Of a DNA stretch of 37,884 nucleotides, positions 36,832 through 37,884 are shown piece by piece (the stretch's first letter is position 1; each line of letters starts with the position of its first letter). A program made the position numbers and the translations under genes. Below the pieces are notes generated by a model. It made no database searches. It had not been told where the DNA came from and worked only from the letters and a program-made list of their open reading frames with translations. This DNA comes from a virus (lineage: Duplodnaviria; Heunggongvirae; Uroviricota; Caudoviricetes), in the IMG/VR virus record IMGVR_UViG_2654587996_000006; one strand, written 5' to 3'.

Positions 36832-37884
36832 ATGGCTGTACGAAAACTCACCACAGGAAAATGGCTTTGCGAATGTTACCCCGCCGGACGTAGTGGGCGT
36901 CGTGTGCGTAAACAATTCGCCACCAAAGGCGAAGCACTGGCTTTTGAGCGTCACACGATGGAAGAAACCGAAGCAAAGCCCTGGCTGGGTGAATCAGTGG
37001 ATCGTCGAACACTGAAAGACGTGGTTGAGCTATGGTTCAAACTACATGGTAAATCTCTGACTGCTGGGCAGCATGTCTATGACAAATTGCTGCTGATGGT
37101 TGACGCTCTGGGCAATCCCCTTGCAACTGATCTAACCTCTAAAATGTTTGCCCACTATCGAGATAAACGCCTGACAGGTGAGATCTACTTCAGCGAGAAA
37201 TGGAAGAAAGGAGCAAGCCCGGTCACCATTAACCTGGAGCAAAGCTATCTAAGTAGTGTTTTTAGCGAACTATCCCGCCTGGGCGAATGGTCGTATCCGA
37301 ACCCACTGGAGAACATGCGAAAATTCACCATCGCAGAAAAAGAGATGGCATGGCTTACCCATGAGCAGATTGTTGAATTACTGGCTGATTGCAAACGTCA
37401 GGACCCAATTCTGGCACTGGTAGTTAAGATATGCTTAAGCACAGGCGCACGCTGGCGAGAAGCCGTAAATCTTACCCGCTCACAGGTGACCAAATACCGA
37501 ATTACCTTTGTAAGAACGAAGGGGAAGAAAAACAGAAGCATCCCTATCAGTAAAGAGCTTTACGAAGAGATCATGGCGCTTGATGGGTTCAATTTCTTCA
37601 CAGACTGCTATTTTCAATTTTTATCCGTGATGGAAAAAACGTCTATCGTGCTCCCTCGCGGTCAACTCACACACGTTCTGCGCCATACGTTTGCGGCGCA
37701 CTTCATGATGTCGGGTGGAAACATTCTGGCCTTACAAAAAATTCTCGGACACCACGATATAAAAATGACTATGCGTTACGCACATCTGGCACCGGATCAT
37801 CTGGAAACGGCGCTCCGTTTCAATCCTCTGGCAACGCTGCCAAGTGGCGACAAAGTGGCGGCAGCGGTTGGCATTACCCCGTAA
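36832..37884 (+). CDS. int: tyrosine integrase
   Basis: ORF 36754-37884 trimmed to MAVRKLTTGKW (RBS GGAGGG); C-terminal catalytic region ...HVLRHTFAAHFMMSGG...HHDIKMTMRYAHL with the R/H/R/Y residues. Confidence 0.85.
   Translation: MAVRKLTTGKWLCECYPAGRSGRRVRKQFATKGEALAFERHTMEETEAKPWLGESVDRRTLKDVVELWFKLHGKSLTAGQHVYDKLLLMVDALGNPLATDLTSKMFAHYRDKRLTGEIYFSEKWKKGASPVTINLEQSYLSSVFSELSRLGEWSYPNPLENMRKFTIAEKEMAWLTHEQIVELLADCKRQDPILALVVKICLSTGARWREAVNLTRSQVTKYRITFVRTKGKKNRSIPISKELYEEIMALDGFNFFTDCYFQFLSVMEKTSIVLPRGQLTHVLRHTFAAHFMMSGGNILALQKILGHHDIKMTMRYAHLAPDHLETALRFNPLATLPSGDKVAAAVGITP

Larger units (their letters stand above)
2776..37884. mobile_element. P2/186-family prophage (P2-like morphogenesis genes, 186-like lysogeny/SOS module); left end beyond the window
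   Basis: Continuous P2 gene order from ogr to Q, then replication, immunity and integrase genes; host genes stop at 2620. Confidence 0.85.

Noticed and set aside
1-37884. CRISPR arrays, rRNA or tRNA genes
   Set aside because: No regularly spaced short direct repeats and no tRNA-like cloverleaf or rRNA-like sequence noticed on either strand; the window is densely protein-coding.

Overview
The window holds three E. coli-type chromosomal genes (grxA, ybjM, ybjL; 1-2620) followed by an almost complete P2/186-family temperate myovirus prophage (about 2.78 kb to the window end at 37884). Read right to left, the prophage runs ogr, then tail genes D-U-T-E/E'-FII-FI, a Pin/Gin-type invertase with an invertible tail-fibre segment, G-H-I-J-W-V-S-R, the lysis cassette, X-L-M-N-O, then divergent P-Q (terminase, portal). 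Beyond Q are a cargo region around a candidate cos site, an SOS-regulated DinI-like module, replication gene A with an overlapping Dam methyltransferase, a 186-like early/lysogeny module (cII, apl, cI), a second cargo insertion, and the integrase ending at 37884; attL is expected outside the window. Sequence-supported regulatory elements are three conserved TTGTA-N-ACAAA dyads upstream of the late operons, a perfect LexA box, the T6G frameshift site for E+E', and 15-bp inverted crossover sites for tail-fibre switching. The most interesting candidates for undescribed biology are (i) an AT-rich KAP-family P-loop NTPase and an HNH-motif protein flanking the candidate cos site, (ii) a second, divergent KAP NTPase plus a small secreted Cys-rich protein between cI and int, and (iii) a leader-peptide plus 2-TM protein cassette bracketed by 60-bp direct repeats in the early operon. 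All calls rest on reading the ORF translations and the DNA by eye; no database search was run.
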